NCBI GenBank assembly: GCA_034226945.1
Contig: CP120462.1
Span: 682,001-746,000, forward strand
DNA length: 64,000 nucleotides
Source of the DNA: Picochlorum sp. SENEW3
Taxonomy: Eukaryota
Direction of reading: 5' to 3'
The notes below the pieces were generated by a model that had not been told where the DNA came from, made no database searches, and worked only from the letters and a program-made list of their open reading frames with translations. Of the stretch, positions 43,063-54,872 are shown one piece after another. The position numbers and the translations under genes were made by a program. Numbering within the stretch: position 1 is the stretch's first letter; every line of letters begins with the position of its first letter.

Positions 43063-44057
43063 TGCAATACCGATGTCTTCTTCTCCTCAATAAACACTAT
43101 TTGATGTATGTATCTTCTCCAATGTATATCTCAGTACTATACACTCCCCGGCCGCTGAAAAGATCTCAGACTTTTGAGTGAAAGATCTAGGAATCCGTCA
43201 CGCACACAGGAATCCAGTATTCTATCAACAGTATTCCATAAATATATAGGAATATTCACAAGCAGATTTCTTTTATCGCTACAACGCTCATCGGCGCCAA
43301 TTTGGCTTCTGTGAAGCTAGCATGCTGGTCAACTCTTTCCCCTTTGTCAATCGCATCCATGCGCCCGGTTGCGACACCCCTTTGATGGTCGACCATCTCA
43401 CCTGGTCGGTCAAGCAAGAAGGCGCCTCATCCATCTGCACAGGGGCACGAACGATCTCCGCCATTCTCCGCCTGCTGGCGACTCGATCATTGCTTTTCTT
43501 GCGATTCCATCAAAGCATATAAAACATTAGCCCATCACAAGGTCGCCCTCCATGAATCATGGGTGAACCGAACAGAGGACTCGCAGTTGTTTGGAACAGG
43601 AATCTTTTTCTTCTTCTTCTTTTTTCAACCAACAAAAAACCATCCTGCAGAAACTAGAAGCACCGCTGCCATGTAGAGAGTATGTTCTCTGCAGCCATAG
43701 TCTTGATCAATCAATGATCACTATGCAATCGCTGCGGCATGTCGATGATGTCATACATATACATAGCCAGCCGTCGAGCATCTCTCCCATCTCTCTGGGA
43801 GATGCATCTCGCTGGTGCCGCGGACCAGAGCATCCAGTCCATCCGATATACCGCATACCATGCGCATCGACTGAACAATAAATACAAAAGAAGAGTAATT
43901 ACATTGTTAAAGAGAAATCGAGGGATTTCCTTGGTTGATCGGTCGGAGAAGGGTCGCAACACATTGTGTCGGTGTTTTCTCTCGGCATCCTGAGACTTTG
44001 ACAATCAAACACACTGGTCGGGGTCGTTTCGTATCCACAGGAATCGATTTATTCAAG

Positions 44058-45487
44058 ATGATGAAAAGGTTTGGACACCGATTGATGCAGCAGGGGACGG
44101 TTCTGTTGCGGGGTGAGGCAGCGACAGCGTCTGAGAATGCTGGTTGGATGTCCGTAGGGTTTGGTGGTTTGAATGCGCGAATGGCTTCATCTCATGCTGA
44201 AAATACTAATCAATTTATTAGTGAGGTATGTTTGTGTATATTCTTGCGGCAATTTTAGAGTTGCGTAGCCAAAAGTCTTGTGTGTTGCAGGCGTTGGAGC
44301 ACCTTGAATATCCAGAAAGGCTGCAAAAGATGTTGTTAGCTCCCGAGCGAGAGGTTTCTGTTGAACTCGAGGTGCTGCGGGATAGCGGAGAGGTGGATAT
44401 TTACAAGGCGTACAGAGTCCAGCACTGCAATAGCAGAGGTCCGTACAAGGGTGGGCTTCGGTATCATCCACAAGTAGATTTGGATGATGTTCGGTCGCTT
44501 GCGTCGCTGATGACATGGAAGACGGCGGTTATGGATATTCCATTTGGGGGAGCCAAGGGGGGCATCACGGTTGATCCGACTACTCTGAGTGATAGGGAGG
44601 CTGAAATTTTGACACGGAAATTGGTGCAAGCGTTGAGGCCGGTTTTAGGGACGTATGAAGATATACCTGCGCCGGATATGAATACTGGAGGACGAGAAAT
44701 GGCGTGGTTATTTGATGAGTACTCCAAGTTCAATGGATTCTCGCCAGGTATAGTGACAGGAAAGCCAGTGTGGTTGCATGGGTCCTTGGGGAGGGAAGCT
44801 GCTACCGGGAGGGGGACTGTGTTTGCTATTCGAGAGGCGTTGAGGGCGTTGAAACTGGGAGAAATTAAGGATAAGACGTTTGTGATTCAAGGGTTTGGTA
44901 ATGTAGGCTCTTGGGCGGCGCAAATTTTGCATGAGCAGGGTGGCAAGGTTATTGCAGTGGCTGATGCATTTGGTGCGATTGCGAATGAGAGAGGATTGGA
45001 TATCCCAAGTCTCAGAAGACATATTGGTGATCAACATTCTTTAGCATCGTATCCAGATGGTATCGCTGTGCCAAAGGAGACAATTTTGACGGTGCCCTGT
45101 GACGTCTTAATTCCAGCTGCTCTTGGCGGTGTCATTACTGAGGAGAATGTGAATGACATTCAGTGCAAAATGATTGCTGAAGCTGCAAATGGGCCAACAA
45201 CGTTTGAAGCCGATCTTATGCTTCGAGAGAAGGGTGTGACTGTGGTGCCGGATATTTATACAAATGGAGGAGGAGTGACTGTCTCATTCTTTGAGTGGGT
45301 ACAGAATTTACAAAACTTCAAGTGGACTGAGGATGAGGTTAATGAAAAGCTGGATGTCTGTATGACAAATTCTTTCAGAGATATCTGGGAAATATGCGAG
45401 TCGGATAAGTTGCCCTTGAGAACAGCTGCATTTGCAAAAGCTTTGCAACGAGTGACACGAGCAAAGGTCCATCGTGGTTTTGAATAA
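44058..45487 (+). CDS. GDH: NAD(H)-glutamate dehydrogenase, mitochondrial
   Basis: Presequence exon 44058-44225 and intron 44226-44290. Motifs RGPYKGGLRYHP, MTWKTA, PFGGAKGG, DIPAPD, GREAATGRG, QGFGNVG, EAANGPT and GGVTVSFFEWVQN. Confidence 0.96.
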
Positions 45488-45592
45488 CGCTTGTCAGCAA
45501 AAAGGAAAGTGTATACGGCACTTTTTACAATTCGGCTATCATTATACAAGGCCTGGTAAATGATAATGTATCGAGAAATGTTGATTGTTCGT

Positions 45593-46740
45593 TCATTCAG
45601 AGGTATCACTTCCATATTCACCGAGAAGACCAGCAAGCAATCCATTGTCTTGCTCATCTTTCTCCGTTTTCTCTGGTACTGCTTTTATTATTCTCTTCTT
45701 TTTCAAAGCCGCTAATCCACCAAAACTCGGGACGCTCTTGTAGTCCTCATCATCCTTGGTCTGAAGTGCCCGTTTGCGAGATGATGTAGTATCACCAGCA
45801 GAGACTACATCACCATTCCCTATGTCCTTGCCTGTCCCTCGCGGGCTGATGTCCATCTCTAAATTCTTCCCTGTAGTCCCCTGTGCTGTGCGACCACGAT
45901 CCTCAGCATTGCTGACCAAGGTTCCCACCATTCTCTTGCCTTGAGCAGAATGAATCACATTGGAAGCCATCAACGATCCTTCCTGCCCACGAGCATCATC
46001 TTTCTCCCCTTCTTCAGAACTCTCTGACAATCTATCAATCAATTCCCTCTGACGCAGCAGCATCATTTGTACCTGACGTTCATCCTCCTCATCAAGCTCC
46101 TGCTCTAATGTCTTGCCTTCATCTCTGGCAGCTTTCTTCAGCGCAGCAAGCGCTGTATCGTGATCTATATTTGCATGCCTTGACTTGAGAGATTTCATCT
46201 CATCCAATGCTGTCATGATATCCATTTCCCGCTTAGAATCCAATGTTCTATTTTCCAACGCTTTCATAGCATCGCCCTTCTCCTCTTCCTCGCGCTTTGC
46301 TTTCACTCTTTCAGCGGCTTCTTCCTTATCTCTCCAAGCCTCATAATTTCTCGTAGCCCCTGCCTCAACAATGTAATCCGTGCTCTTGGGATCCGTTTTC
46401 ATACAAAACTCTGCTGAGCAGTTTGTACATTTATAATAGAATCGATACAATCGTATCCCCAAGTAATCCTCTCCCTTGACATTTTCCATTCGCGTATTAA
46501 ACTTTGTACCCTTGTACATAAAGTTCCCGCACGTATTGCAACGAACACTCATGGGAAGCATCATTCTCACTTTCATTTGCTTATCCCCTGAGCGAATAGT
46601 CTTCGCCTTCGGAACCTTTGACGGATCAAAGTCCGGTGGGAAGTATTTATTGAGCACTGCAGATACGAAGAAACACACGCGTCAGCACATTTGTATCTCA
46701 GAATTTCTTTGAACAGAAACGTACCCTTTCTCTCCGCCAT
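45593..46740 (-). CDS. YJU2: Splicing factor YJU2/CWC16 (CCDC94)
   Basis: Exon 46740-46725 and intron 46657-46724 give MAERKVLNKYFPPDFDP. Also VRMMLPMSVRCNTC, KGTKFN, KTDPK and LENRTLDSKREM. Confidence 0.95.
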
Positions 46741-46991
46741 TGTGCTGCAATAACGCAAGAGACACTAATAAATAAACACTAAATATTGTGATAAATGATA
46801 TGTAATTGCAATTATTTTGGGTCGGGCAATGAGGTATCCGTATCGGAAAGGGCGTCATAGTTCGTATTTAAATCATTGAAAAAATCAGGAAATATTCTCT
46901 CATGCCAATTGACGCCTGTATATGAGCGATTCACCACACACATCGTCATTTTGTTTCATCATAATTTGCTATATAACGTACATTATTCGTT

Positions 46992-48518
46992 ATGGCTACT
47001 TTTGTGTCGGCAACAAAAGGCTGCACGCCTCAGCGCATTTTGGCAGCGCATTGTGGGGTAAGGCACGCTGCAATATCCAGACAACAATTGTATAGGAGTC
47101 AAAGTGCTCTTTACAGTGGGAAAAGCGTTGTATTACACCGACAGAGGTCCCATCGCCTTGGCGGCAAATCGACTCGAGTGACTGCAGCAGCAGCTGGTTT
47201 GGAAGAGCTGACGGTGCAGCCTATCAAGACCATCGAGGGTCATGTCAAACTGCCTGGATCAAAGAGTTTGAGTAACCGCGTCCTTCTTTTGGCGGCATTG
47301 GCTGAGGGGACAACAGTAGTGGAGAATATATTAGATTCTGAAGATATTCGGTACATGGTCTCTGCATTGAAGACGCTGCAAGTGCCATTGGAGGAACACT
47401 GGGAAGAAGATAAGATTATCGTTCATGGATGTGGAGGTAAATTCCCATTAGAAGGAGAGGGAATTGAACTGTTCCTTGGAAATGCAGGAACAGCAATGAG
47501 ACCTTTGACTGCTGCTGTTGCTGCAGCTGGTAGGGGCTCATTCGTGCTGGATGGGATCGCGCGAATGAGAGAGAGACCTATTCAAGATTTGGTAGATGGT
47601 CTTCGTCAGCTCGGGGTGGATGCAACGTGCACACTGGGCACAGGCTGTCCTCCAGTTGCTGTGAAGGGAGAGGGAATTTCGAGTGGTGGTCGGGTTGAGC
47701 TCAGTGGGTCGGTGAGCAGCCAATACTTGACTGCACTTTTGATGACTGCGCCATTGGCACAAGGGGAAGGCGGTACAGACATTGTTATCATTGATGAGCT
47801 TGTGAGTAAACCATATGTGGACATGACAATCCAACTGATGGAGAGGTTTGGGGTTAATGTTGAGCTCAAGGATGGTCTTCAGCATATTTATGTTCCTGCA
47901 AATCAGCAATATAAATCTCCTGGCACAGCGTATGTGGAAGGTGATGCCTCCTCTGCATCATACTTCCTTGCTGGTGCTACAATTACAGGTGGGACTGTGA
48001 CTGTAGAAGGATGTGGTAGTGAAAGTCTTCAAGGCGACGTGAGATTTGCAAAAGTGATGGAGCTTATGGGAGCAAAGGTGGAGTGGTCTCCATATTCAAT
48101 CAAAATTACCGGCCCACCAAGAGGGCAGCTGAAGTCGGTTGACCACAATTGCAATGATATTCCTGATGCAGCAATGACGCTGGCTGTTGCAGCATTGTTT
48201 GCCGATGGACAAACTGCCATCAGAGATGTGTACAATTGGAGGGTGAAGGAAACAGAGAGAATGAAGGCAATTGTTGCTGAATTGACAAAGCTTGGGGCAA
48301 CTGTAGAAGAAGGACGAGATTACTGCGTGATTACACCTCCAAAAGATGGGCACGTCGACGAAAATGTGAAAATTGAGACATATGATGACCATCGTATGGC
48401 AATGGCATTTTCTCTTGCTGCTTGCGCTGGAGTTCCAGTCACTATTTTAGATCCTGGGTGCACACGGAAAACGTTCCCTACCTATTTTGATGTTTTGAAG
48501 ACTGTGACAAAGAATTAG
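46992..48518 (+). CDS. aroA: EPSP synthase (3-phosphoshikimate 1-carboxyvinyltransferase), plastid
   Basis: Transit peptide, then [49 protein letters not shown] and [10 protein letters not shown]. Confidence 0.97.
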   Translation: MATFVSATKGCTPQRILAAHCGVRHAAISRQQLYRSQSALYSGKSVVLHRQRSHRLGGKSTRVTAAAAGLEELTVQPIKTIEGHVKLPGSKSLSNRVLLLAALAEGTTVVENILDSEDIRYMVSALKTLQVPLEEHWEEDKIIVHGCGGKFPLEGEGIELFLGNAGTAMRPLTAAVAAAGRGSFVLDGIARMRERPIQDLVDGLRQLGVDATCTLGTGCPPVAVKGEGISSGGRVELSGSVSSQYLTALLMTAPLAQGEGGTDIVIIDELVSKPYVDMTIQLMERFGVNVELKDGLQHIYVPANQQYKSPGTAYVEGDASSASYFLAGATITGGTVTVEGCGSESLQGDVRFAKVMELMGAKVEWSPYSIKITGPPRGQLKSVDHNCNDIPDAAMTLAVAALFADGQTAIRDVYNWRVKETERMKAIVAELTKLGATVEEGRDYCVITPPKDGHVDENVKIETYDDHRMAMAFSLAACAGVPVTILDPGCTRKTFPTYFDVLKTVTKN

Positions 48519-48593
48519 ATCTACATTAATCTGTAAGATGGTCAATTACACGATATTGACAATGTTGGAAATAAATACATCTATGATGCGGTA

Positions 48594-50469
48594 TCACTGT
48601 ATAGCAAGGAGAGCGTCCCAAAGGATGTATTGCTTGTATGCCCTGTACATGATTGGTAGAACAGAGTCATGTGTCTGATTACCATCCTCAAGTGTGGTCT
48701 CTTCGCCTGTCAATAACTGTTCTGGTACATGAAAGTCACCGAATTCTGTCCTTAGAGAATCGGCGTCCGTGATATCGAATGAGGGAATCGAATCACCACT
48801 GATCTGTGACAGGCGCTCAAACCACTCAGAATCTTGAATTTTAGGCACAAGCAATGACGCCATTCTCGCGAATTGGTGGCAGAGAACATCGTCTGGGTCA
48901 ACATACTCATCTAGATGTGTCTCCCAAGACGCCAACGTCTCCAAGTCTTGTGTTAACATTGCATTGCAACTTTTCTTCATATCTGCCAAAATTTCGAATG
49001 ACCTCTCTGCAATCATCTGTTGCACAAACCTGGACTTTGATTGTTCACCAATCAAATGCTTGATCAAGCCATGCAACTCTTCTAATACGATAACAATTCT
49101 TTCGTCGACTCTACCATTGGACTGCAGCACAATTCGAGCTTTATCATCAGATAAACGCTTGCTATCAAGTGGCTCAAAATTCTGTACTTCCTTGTCAATA
49201 TTTTGTGAGAGATTAGGGGTATTTCGAACAAACGTGTCTACTCTGGCCTGTATATCCTCTGCATCTCCTTCAGGAATCAAAGCAGACAGATTGCCTAGGG
49301 CCCATGATATTCCTTCGTCCAGATTGGCAAAGAGCTGTACAGAATCATGTGGATTCCTCACTGGGACAAACCCATAATACAGAAAGAAGTCATCATTGCT
49401 TCTTTCACCATAACTCAGCGTAATCTCTTCCCCTTGAATAATATCTCTGGTAGCTGAGACAATCATTTCAAATTCTCCACCTATTTTTGCAACGCAGTCC
49501 CATCTCACTGCATCTGTTGCAATGATGTCTGACGCTGCCATTGGCCTGTCAGCACTCATACTGACATCGACATCACCAGAATGGTTGAGCATATCCACAA
49601 GAGGCATCAATAACCTCACAACACCTCCTCTTCGATCCTTTGCCGGAACAGAGAATGTGCGGCTATGTACAACAGCGAGTGCGTGGCTGAATTCTTCATA
49701 TGTTGTCCCTGTGGGAACAGCACCTGACGGCAAACTTTCAAAGTTCGAAATGGAAACCCACGATAGAAAATCAATCTGTTCACGCGCGTATGCATACCCA
49801 ATACATTGTATATTTTCATATGAAAATGTTAACGCTGTGGCTGATGGCACGTAATCGGGTAGGGAGTCTTGATAAGGCTTCCAGACAGATGCCTCTCCCT
49901 GCGATTTCAGCCTGAGCAATTTGCATGCCAAACGCACACTCCAGGGGACATCGTTGTCAAAATCAATATCACATTCTGGTGATCCAGGTTCGTCATCAAG
50001 CAACGCTATTCGCATAGGAATCTGCCAATAGTACTTGATGAGTCAGTATTCGTCATAAATTGAGCACATGGTCAGTTGAGTATGCACACACCTGAAAAAG
50101 GATAGACCCTCGAGACACATCCGTCGTTGCGATCAGTCCACGTTCTCCATCATCCGATATAAATAAGGATACTTTTGAATCTCTTGGATCCAAGCCTTTG
50201 GCACCATTCGCCACCATCCAACTCAAAAGGTTTTCCAGGACTTTCTCTCCTGCAGAGGTTGACAAGGCCTGCAGACGCCCTCGATTGCCCACCGAAATGG
50301 GGCTATTGCTCAATCCATGGGACTTATATTGTAAAGAATTAACATGGTTCTTATTAGGCAATGCAAATCCAGTCTTATCCTGGGTGGATTGCTTGCACAG
50401 TCGTTGCCTGCAGAAAGGCAACGATAGCGTGGAGACTGCACCTCCAGGAGACCTAAGCGCAGCCTTCAT
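48594..50469 (-). CDS. SET-domain protein-lysine methyltransferase (Rubisco-LSMT-like), probably plastid
   Basis: Exons joined by intron 50022-50091. Motifs GERGLIAT, SVWKPY...LP, VHSRTF, LMPLVDMLNH and GEEITLSYG..SNDDFFLYYGF. Confidence 0.9.
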
Positions 50470-50549
50470 GGGTCTATATCTCCTAAAGTACTGGTAAAGT
50501 AAATTCAAAAACAAAAATTTTGGGCCTAAATTATAGAGTCGTCGGTAAT

Positions 50550-52634
50550 TTACATGACTTGGTTCATATCAATGTCAGCGGTCAATGGCTGGTGAACAGC
50601 AGGTATCTGGGATGTCGTATCCATGGCAAACCCCTGATGAGCATTGCCCTTATTCTGCTCATTATGCAGCACGAATCTATTCATGCGGCGGCACAGAATA
50701 TCTTTGCGAAGTCCAGAGCGGATGAAATCAGTCTCACCAGTCAATCTGTGGATTCTTTCTAGTGCCTCAAGTTTCTCCCGGCGTAATCTTTCAACCAAGC
50801 CACCTGCGACGTTCATCTCGGCATGATCATTCTCCTTCTCAAGGGTTTTGCCTTCCATGCTAGAAACATGACTGCCAATGTCGGACTGAGCATGACCCTG
50901 GTTTCTCACATGTATGCCATGGGGTGCTTCGTACTTGCTCTTCATCCTCGCATATGCATTCTCGGCGTCATCCGCCCTTCTCTCCACGGCTTCTGTCTTC
51001 TGTATGATGAGATTGACTGCAGACATGGCCTTTTCTAGTTGTCGTTCCCTCTCCTGTAACCGCTTCTCCATAATCTCAGACATGTGAATATTCTGCTGCA
51101 AATGTGATAATTTCTCAATCTCATGGAGGGCTTCCTGTAGAGACCTTTTCAAGCTACTATTCTCTTCTATAAGATGCTGATCTTCCACCTTTTCATCATC
51201 ATTCGGTGATGGTACAGAACTCTCTGAGGAATTCCGAACCCTCTCGTCAGTGGATGCACTCTTTCCCAGTAATACCTGCCCCCTCTGCTGTTTCAGCGAT
51301 TCGATGTGCTTGCCCAGCGCAATCGCCTCTTCAAATTTCAGTGTATTTGCTCGCTCAAGTTCGTTCAAAAGAACTCGTTGCTTCTCGATGTCTTGCACAA
51401 TATGGCTGCAATCAGCAACCCCTCCTCCTTCCACAGCTTGAACATATGGAGCCAATGATCTATCCATCTCACGAAGCATCGATCGCTTTGCCTCGAGTCT
51501 CGCCGAAGATTCAACAATCTCACTTTGAATCTCACCTAATCGCTGCTCCGCTCGCTCCCACTCTTCCTGAGCTATCGCTGCCTTGTGGGATTGATCCTCA
51601 ACAAGAAAACAGCCTTCAGACGTAAGGCCCTCCAACTTTCTCACAGTCTCCTCCGCATCTCGAATCTTATCTTCAGCTTTCTGAGCAGCTTGATTTAGTT
51701 CATCTTTGCGAGACGTCGCCTCCATAACAGACTCCTGCAAGCCATTGTATTTCAACGTCAAGTCCTCAACCATGGCTTTCTTCTTCTCAATGTCATCTTC
51801 CATATCATCAAGGTGTGCTCGCGCCTCCTCCATTTGCTTCTCCAAGACTTCTATAGAATATTCAATACTACATTTCTCACGCTGAGCATGTTCAATGTGC
51901 GACTCGGTCTCACCAAGCCGATCACGAGCCTCTTGAATCTCCCTCTCCACATCATACAAACGTGCTTCTCTCTCCTTCACCACATCACCAAGCGCATCCA
52001 AGTCCTTCTTTTTAACTTCCTCCCATGATTCAAGATCCTTAATATCACTCTCAAGGCGTTGCTTCTCCTGTTTTATATTCTTCACGTCCGAATCAAGCTC
52101 AACCAACTGACCGTGCAGAGTTTCTCTCCTCTTCTCAGCCTTCAGCACCTGCGTCTCCAACTCTGCGCATTCATTCAACAGAGAAGAATGTTTCTGTTGA
52201 AGATCCATCAATTTCTTTGCAGAATCAGGCGGTGCTACGTCTGCACAGGGCGACTTGAGTGACACAGACCGGGCTTCTGCCCGTGGAGTGGAATAGACAG
52301 GTCCCGTCTCACTCGTGTCATCCTCCAGACTCTGCATGACCGGAATAGGAGATATAGGACTTTTTAAGCATACTTTCGACGGCGTGCTACCCAAAGCGCG
52401 CAGAGCCGAATTCAAATTTTCCAACAACTCGTCCCCAACCGAATGAGTCGAACCAGCAGAGATAGATGTCCCTCCGCGGGAATACTTGTATGAACTATTT
52501 CTTAGATAATATGAAGGGGATATATTCTGCCCTGGGGTTCGCCGGAGGCCTAAAAGGCTCTTCTTTCGTCTCTGGAATACACGACTGCCAGGAGATGAAT
52601 GGTCGAGGCCTCGCCTCGAATCCTCATATTCCAT
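50550..52634 (-). CDS. Long coiled-coil protein
   Basis: 694-aa ORF with an S/P-rich N-terminus containing several SP/TP sites, followed by extended E/K/L heptad-rich segments. Confidence 0.78.
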   Translation of the reverse strand: MEYEDSRRGLDHSSPGSRVFQRRKKSLLGLRRTPGQNISPSYYLRNSSYKYSRGGTSISAGSTHSVGDELLENLNSALRALGSTPSKVCLKSPISPIPVMQSLEDDTSETGPVYSTPRAEARSVSLKSPCADVAPPDSAKKLMDLQQKHSSLLNECAELETQVLKAEKRRETLHGQLVELDSDVKNIKQEKQRLESDIKDLESWEEVKKKDLDALGDVVKEREARLYDVEREIQEARDRLGETESHIEHAQREKCSIEYSIEVLEKQMEEARAHLDDMEDDIEKKKAMVEDLTLKYNGLQESVMEATSRKDELNQAAQKAEDKIRDAEETVRKLEGLTSEGCFLVEDQSHKAAIAQEEWERAEQRLGEIQSEIVESSARLEAKRSMLREMDRSLAPYVQAVEGGGVADCSHIVQDIEKQRVLLNELERANTLKFEEAIALGKHIESLKQQRGQVLLGKSASTDERVRNSSESSVPSPNDDEKVEDQHLIEENSSLKRSLQEALHEIEKLSHLQQNIHMSEIMEKRLQERERQLEKAMSAVNLIIQKTEAVERRADDAENAYARMKSKYEAPHGIHVRNQGHAQSDIGSHVSSMEGKTLEKENDHAEMNVAGGLVERLRREKLEALERIHRLTGETDFIRSGLRKDILCRRMNRFVLHNEQNKGNAHQGFAMDTTSQIPAVHQPLTADIDMNQVM

Positions 52635-53050
52635 CCGAATTGAATTTTGTCACTACTATTATTTTCTTCTTTGATAATTATTTAGTATGCGCCGCAGAGG
52701 CCGAGGGTTTGCCAAATGATTGATGTCGTTGGCATCAATCAGGTAACAACAACCAATCATGAAATTCATGATTCATGATTGCTGATCAGCTGGCCAGATC
52801 CATGCATGGATCTTGGGTGGTTGAGCCAGCCTGGCTCTGGTAGATTTCTGAAGCAGTGGTTGATGGCTTATTCCCATGAAGACGTGAGATTCATAATCTT
52901 TCTCTGCGTGTATAATTTTTACATCGCTGTATAGTATAATAAGGTGGTCACGAATAAAACTATAGGAAACGAACTGTACTCTCTGGAACAATCGGCAACA
53001 TTTTATTAAGTTTGAGTGCTAGCATGCTGGTAAAAAAGATTTTCGATAGA

Positions 53051-54496
53051 TTAGCATTGGACGTTTGCTGGCCAATCACAGGTTGATATGGCTTCGTTCC
53101 ATAACAGGCTGCTTGGGCAGTTGAAGTACCATGATCCAGTGGCTTCACATCTGTAATAGTTGGAGCATCCAGTGGCCTTGTCGGCGTAGAATCCATATGG
53201 TTTACCACTGGCCTTGATGTTTTGGCAGAAGCTTTCTGCATCTGTAACTGGGGATGGCTGTGGCGATGGTGATGGGGTTGGCTTTGGAGATGGGGTTGGC
53301 TTTGGAGATGGGGTTGGCTTTGGAGATGGGGATGGCTTTGGAGATGGGGATGGCTTTGGAGATGGGGATGGCACTGGTTCTGGAGATGGCACTGGCTCTG
53401 GAGATGGCACTGGCTCTGGAGATGGCACTGGCTCTGGAGATGGCACTGGCTCTGGCGATGGCACTGGCTCTGGAGATGGCTTTGGAGATGGAGATGGCAC
53501 TGGTTCTGGAGATGGCACTGGCTCTGGTGATGGCACTGGCTCTGGTGATGGCTCTGGCTCTGGTGATGGCTCTGGCTCTGGTTGTGGAGAAGATCCTTCT
53601 CTTGGCAAAATTGTAATATCAGCGCAGTTCCAAAATTCCTGCAAGACATAATAACAGTAGGTAAAAAAATGGCATCATCATACTCATCATCGCCACACAA
53701 GAAATAATGCAGAAATAAAAAACATACCTCTGGATATGGACTTGTTGGACCGCACTCTGCGAGGCCACTTGAACCATACTGAGATGGGGTATTTGGAGGA
53801 TTGCACGAGTTTCCAGTAAGATAATGCCATTGCATCACGCATCTGGAGGTCTTACCATCACAGGTCAGTCCCTCTGGAAGTTGATACTGCATCCTGTACT
53901 CCCAATCTTTGCTTGATGGACCAATAAAGTACCTTGAAGATCCTGGGCTCTGTACACCCGGGACATCAGCTTGTTTCAGAACGTTCAAGTTCAGGCAGCC
54001 TTCTGTGAGCTGGGCAGCCTCATCTTGGGCAGAGGTGCCGTCAATCTTGCAAATTCTAAAGTCAAAGTCACCCTTATGGTAGGCAGTGAGGACAACGTCG
54101 AGTTCAATTATTTGCCCTTCTGTATATGTGGCCTGCGACACCCCTGTCCAGTATTTGCCATTTGCCTCATGGTTGCGGGGTGTTGGTGCAGTGTATGGGT
54201 CACCGCAAATTCCATTCTTACCGGTTGGGAAGGACGCCCCAGACCCGACTACTCCAGGACCTCCAGCTGAAAGACATTGTGGGCAGTAATCTGAATTGGC
54301 AACCACATTCCTCGCTGCAAGACAAACGGATGAAAATGAGTGAGTGTATTCATATACACATCTTTGTAGCTCCTACCACGACATGGGACGCCGGCGTACC
54401 TTTTGGAGTTCTGAGATATCCATGGCCATGGACTCCAGATGAAAGCATGTAAAAGCACAATGCTGTCAGAAAAGTACGCACGTAGTAGACATACAT
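53051..54496 (-). CDS. Secreted AA15-type lytic polysaccharide monooxygenase with Pro-rich linker and C-terminal CBM14 (peritrophin-A) chitin-binding domain
   Basis: Exons 54496-54400, 54314-53728 and 53638-53051. Signal peptide ...SSGVHG/ gives a mature N-terminal His ([11 protein letters not shown]). Motifs [37 protein letters not shown] and EEFWNCADI, then a 6-Cys CBM14 (CSNYYRC...[10 protein letters not shown]....CDWPANVQC). Confidence 0.9.
53262..53582 (-). repeat. Tandem 18-bp coding repeat encoding (SPEPVP)n/(SPKPxP)n linker
   Basis: About 17 degenerate copies of TCTGGAGATGGCACTGGC / TTTGGAGATGGGGTTGGC on the + strand, inside the LPMO last exon. Confidence 0.95.
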
Positions 54497-54527
54497 TGTT
54501 GAAGACAAGTGGTACTTTCGGCTGCTG

Positions 54528-54537
54528 CTGACGTCAG
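54528..54537. promoter_or_regulatory. CTGACGTCAG palindrome (bZIP C-box/CRE-like) in the LPMO / CBM-protein divergent promoter
   Basis: Perfect palindrome about 31 nt upstream of the LPMO ATG. TGACGTCA also occurs at 16643-16650 and 40324-40331. Confidence 0.35.
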
Positions 54538-54872
54538 ACGCGTGAAATCAATAGGTTGTGTTCGTGTTGATTGATTATCAACAAGAAAGGTATTGAATGA
54601 ATTTATATTATCAATATATAATATAAAGATTATTTCTTTAAAATAATTGTGGCATTTGCAGCTCGTGAGTGAGCATTTATGCCAAAGAGATGACGAGGAC
54701 GCTGGCCGGCGTCCTCATCGCCTCATGAATGGGGCCACACGCGGGCGAGCGTGATATATGATGCAAACCTCTACTACTTGAGAATGCATAATAAATTACT
54801 GCTATAAATTCATTGTCATCATTTCTTGTACAGCTAGTACATACGAATAACGAAAGTGTGGTTCTTGGAACA

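Noticed and set aside
53262..53582. Tandem repeat considered as a CRISPR array
   Set aside because: No unique spacers, it is coding, and the context is eukaryotic.
53214..53651. Plus-strand ORFs with (GDGTGS)n and (LALEMA)n repeats, and the QSQCHL-repeat tail of ORF 52960-54306
   Set aside because: These are alternative-frame shadows of the stop-free 18-bp repeat. Splicing to the SPEPVP frame restores the EEFWNCADI motif and CBM14.
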